Assembly: GCA_918797485.1 (NCBI GenBank)
Contig: CAKKNE010000002.1
Coordinates: forward strand, 5,828,001-5,892,000
Origin: Pelagomonas calceolata
Lineage: Eukaryota
DNA length: 64,000 nucleotides
Direction of reading: 5' to 3'
The translations under genes were made by a program, and so were the position numbers. Of this stretch, positions 62,955 to 64,000 are shown in pieces (position 1 is the first letter of the stretch; every line of letters begins with the position of its first letter). A model generated the notes under the pieces. The model had not been told where the DNA came from. It saw nothing but the letters and a program-made list of their open reading frames with translations, and made no database searches.

Positions 62955-64000
62955 TTACGGAGTCCACCCCGAAAACGACGACGACCGCCGCCGCAGCGCG
63001 TCGTCCGCGAGCCGCAGCGCGCGCGACGCCGCCTCGCCGTCGCGGCGCGCGACGTCTCGGAGCGCGTCCCAGTCGGGCCGCGGCGCCGGCGACGGAGGCG
63101 TCGCCGGCGGCGTTTGAGGCGGTGACGGCGGCGAGACCGGCGCCGGCGGCGCGGGGACAACGGCCGCGCGACGAGCTTCGGCCTCGCGCGCCGCCGCGCG
63201 ACCCGCGGCGGCCTCGCGCGCGGCCTCGCGACGAGCGGTGGTCTCGCGCGCCTCGGTGGCCCGACGCGCTGCGGCGGCCACGCGGCGCTTCTCCGCGACG
63301 AGCCGCCGCGCCGCGTCGGCCGCCGCGGCGCGGTCGTAGGCCCCGTCGACGGCCGCGTCCGCCGCGCGCACCGCCCTCGCGGAGGCGTCGCAGGCCCTGG
63401 AGGCCACCGCGGTCGCGGTGGCCGCCGCGTCGACGCGGTCGCGCGAGGCCACCGCCCGCGCGAGCTGCTCGCCGGGCGCGCGCGCCGGCGCCTTGGCGCC
63501 GACCCACGCCAACGAATGGGCGCCGCCGGCCGCGACGCGCGCCACCTCGTCTACCTCCACGCGCAGGGGCGTCGGGGACCCGTCGGGCGCGTCGTTCGCG
63601 AGGCGGCCCGCGCGGCCCGCGCCCCAGGCCCAGACCGCGCCGTCGGCGTCCACGGCCACGGCGTGGTCCTCGCCCAGCGCCACCTCCATGCACCGGTCGA
63701 AGGGCGTCTTGACAGGACGGTCGCGGTCGTCGCGGTCGCCCAGGCCGAGCTGGCCGCTGCCGTTGCAGCCCCAGGTCCACAGCGCGCCCCGGCCGTCGAT
63801 CGCCGCCGACGAAGCCCCGCCCGCCGCGATCTTGGCGATGCTCGCGCCGCCGCCGAAGCGGACGCGGCCCGGCGCCGCGGCGTCGCCGCCGCGGCCGAGG
63901 CGGCCCGTCGCCGCAACGCCCCACGACGAGGCCCGGCCCGCGCGGTCGAGGAGCAGCGCGTGGTGGTCGCCCGCCGCGCAGGCGACGGCCGTCACGCCAC
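62955..64000 (-). CDS. RCC1-repeat protein (3' part; begins beyond the right window edge)
   Basis: Repeats AAGDHHAL, IAAGGASSAAI, LWTWGCNGSGQLGLGD, VALGEDHAVAV and VAAGGAHSLA, followed by a coiled-coil tail. Confidence 0.88.
   Translation of the reverse strand, partial: GVTAVACAAGDHHALLLDRAGRASSWGVAATGRLGRGGDAAAPGRVRFGGGASIAKIAAGGASSAAIDGRGALWTWGCNGSGQLGLGDRDDRDRPVKTPFDRCMEVALGEDHAVAVDADGAVWAWGAGRAGRLANDAPDGSPTPLRVEVDEVARVAAGGAHSLAWVGAKAPARAPGEQLARAVASRDRVDAAATATAVASRACDASARAVRAADAAVDGAYDRAAAADAARRLVAEKRRVAAAARRATEARETTARREAAREAAAGRAAAREAEARRAAVVPAPPAPVSPPSPPQTPPATPPSPAPRPDWDALRDVARRDGEAASRALRLADDALRRRSSSFSGWTP

Overview
GC-rich, gene-dense eukaryotic nuclear DNA with about 29 protein genes and short intergenic regions. 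Plastid-targeted nuclear genes with 'AFAP'-type bipartite presequences (HSP90, two cytochrome c6), a presequence-bearing POR, a centriolar CEP135/Bld10 and TIR/TSD-bearing introner-type introns point to a flagellated photosynthetic stramenopile. A pelagophyte such as Pelagomonas is the most likely source (inference). Housekeeping genes include VPS26, YIF1, HRD1, Twinkle, a DHHC palmitoyltransferase, a PDK-like kinase, an MFS transporter, an anoctamin and methyltransferases. Most split ORFs are explained by short introns, many with GC donors. The main candidate novel system is a pair of proteins that couple very different sensor modules to a RelA/SpoT-like nucleotidyltransferase domain. One is a ~1950-aa receptor: signal peptide, bacterial TauA-like taurine/sulfonate-binding domain, CUB/EGF repeats, ~9 TM helices and a cytoplasmic NTase. 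The other is a predicted myristoylated NTase with a near-identical 42-aa TPR array and a Myb/SANT domain. Other notable items are a 3.2k-aa secreted 22-repeat protein with TNFR-like Cys repeats, four or five introner DNA-transposon introns, inverted petJ duplicates plus a deleted relic, a Hv1-like channel, a dispersed repeat and a hairpin-dense intergenic segment. All domain calls come from motif recognition by eye, not database searches.
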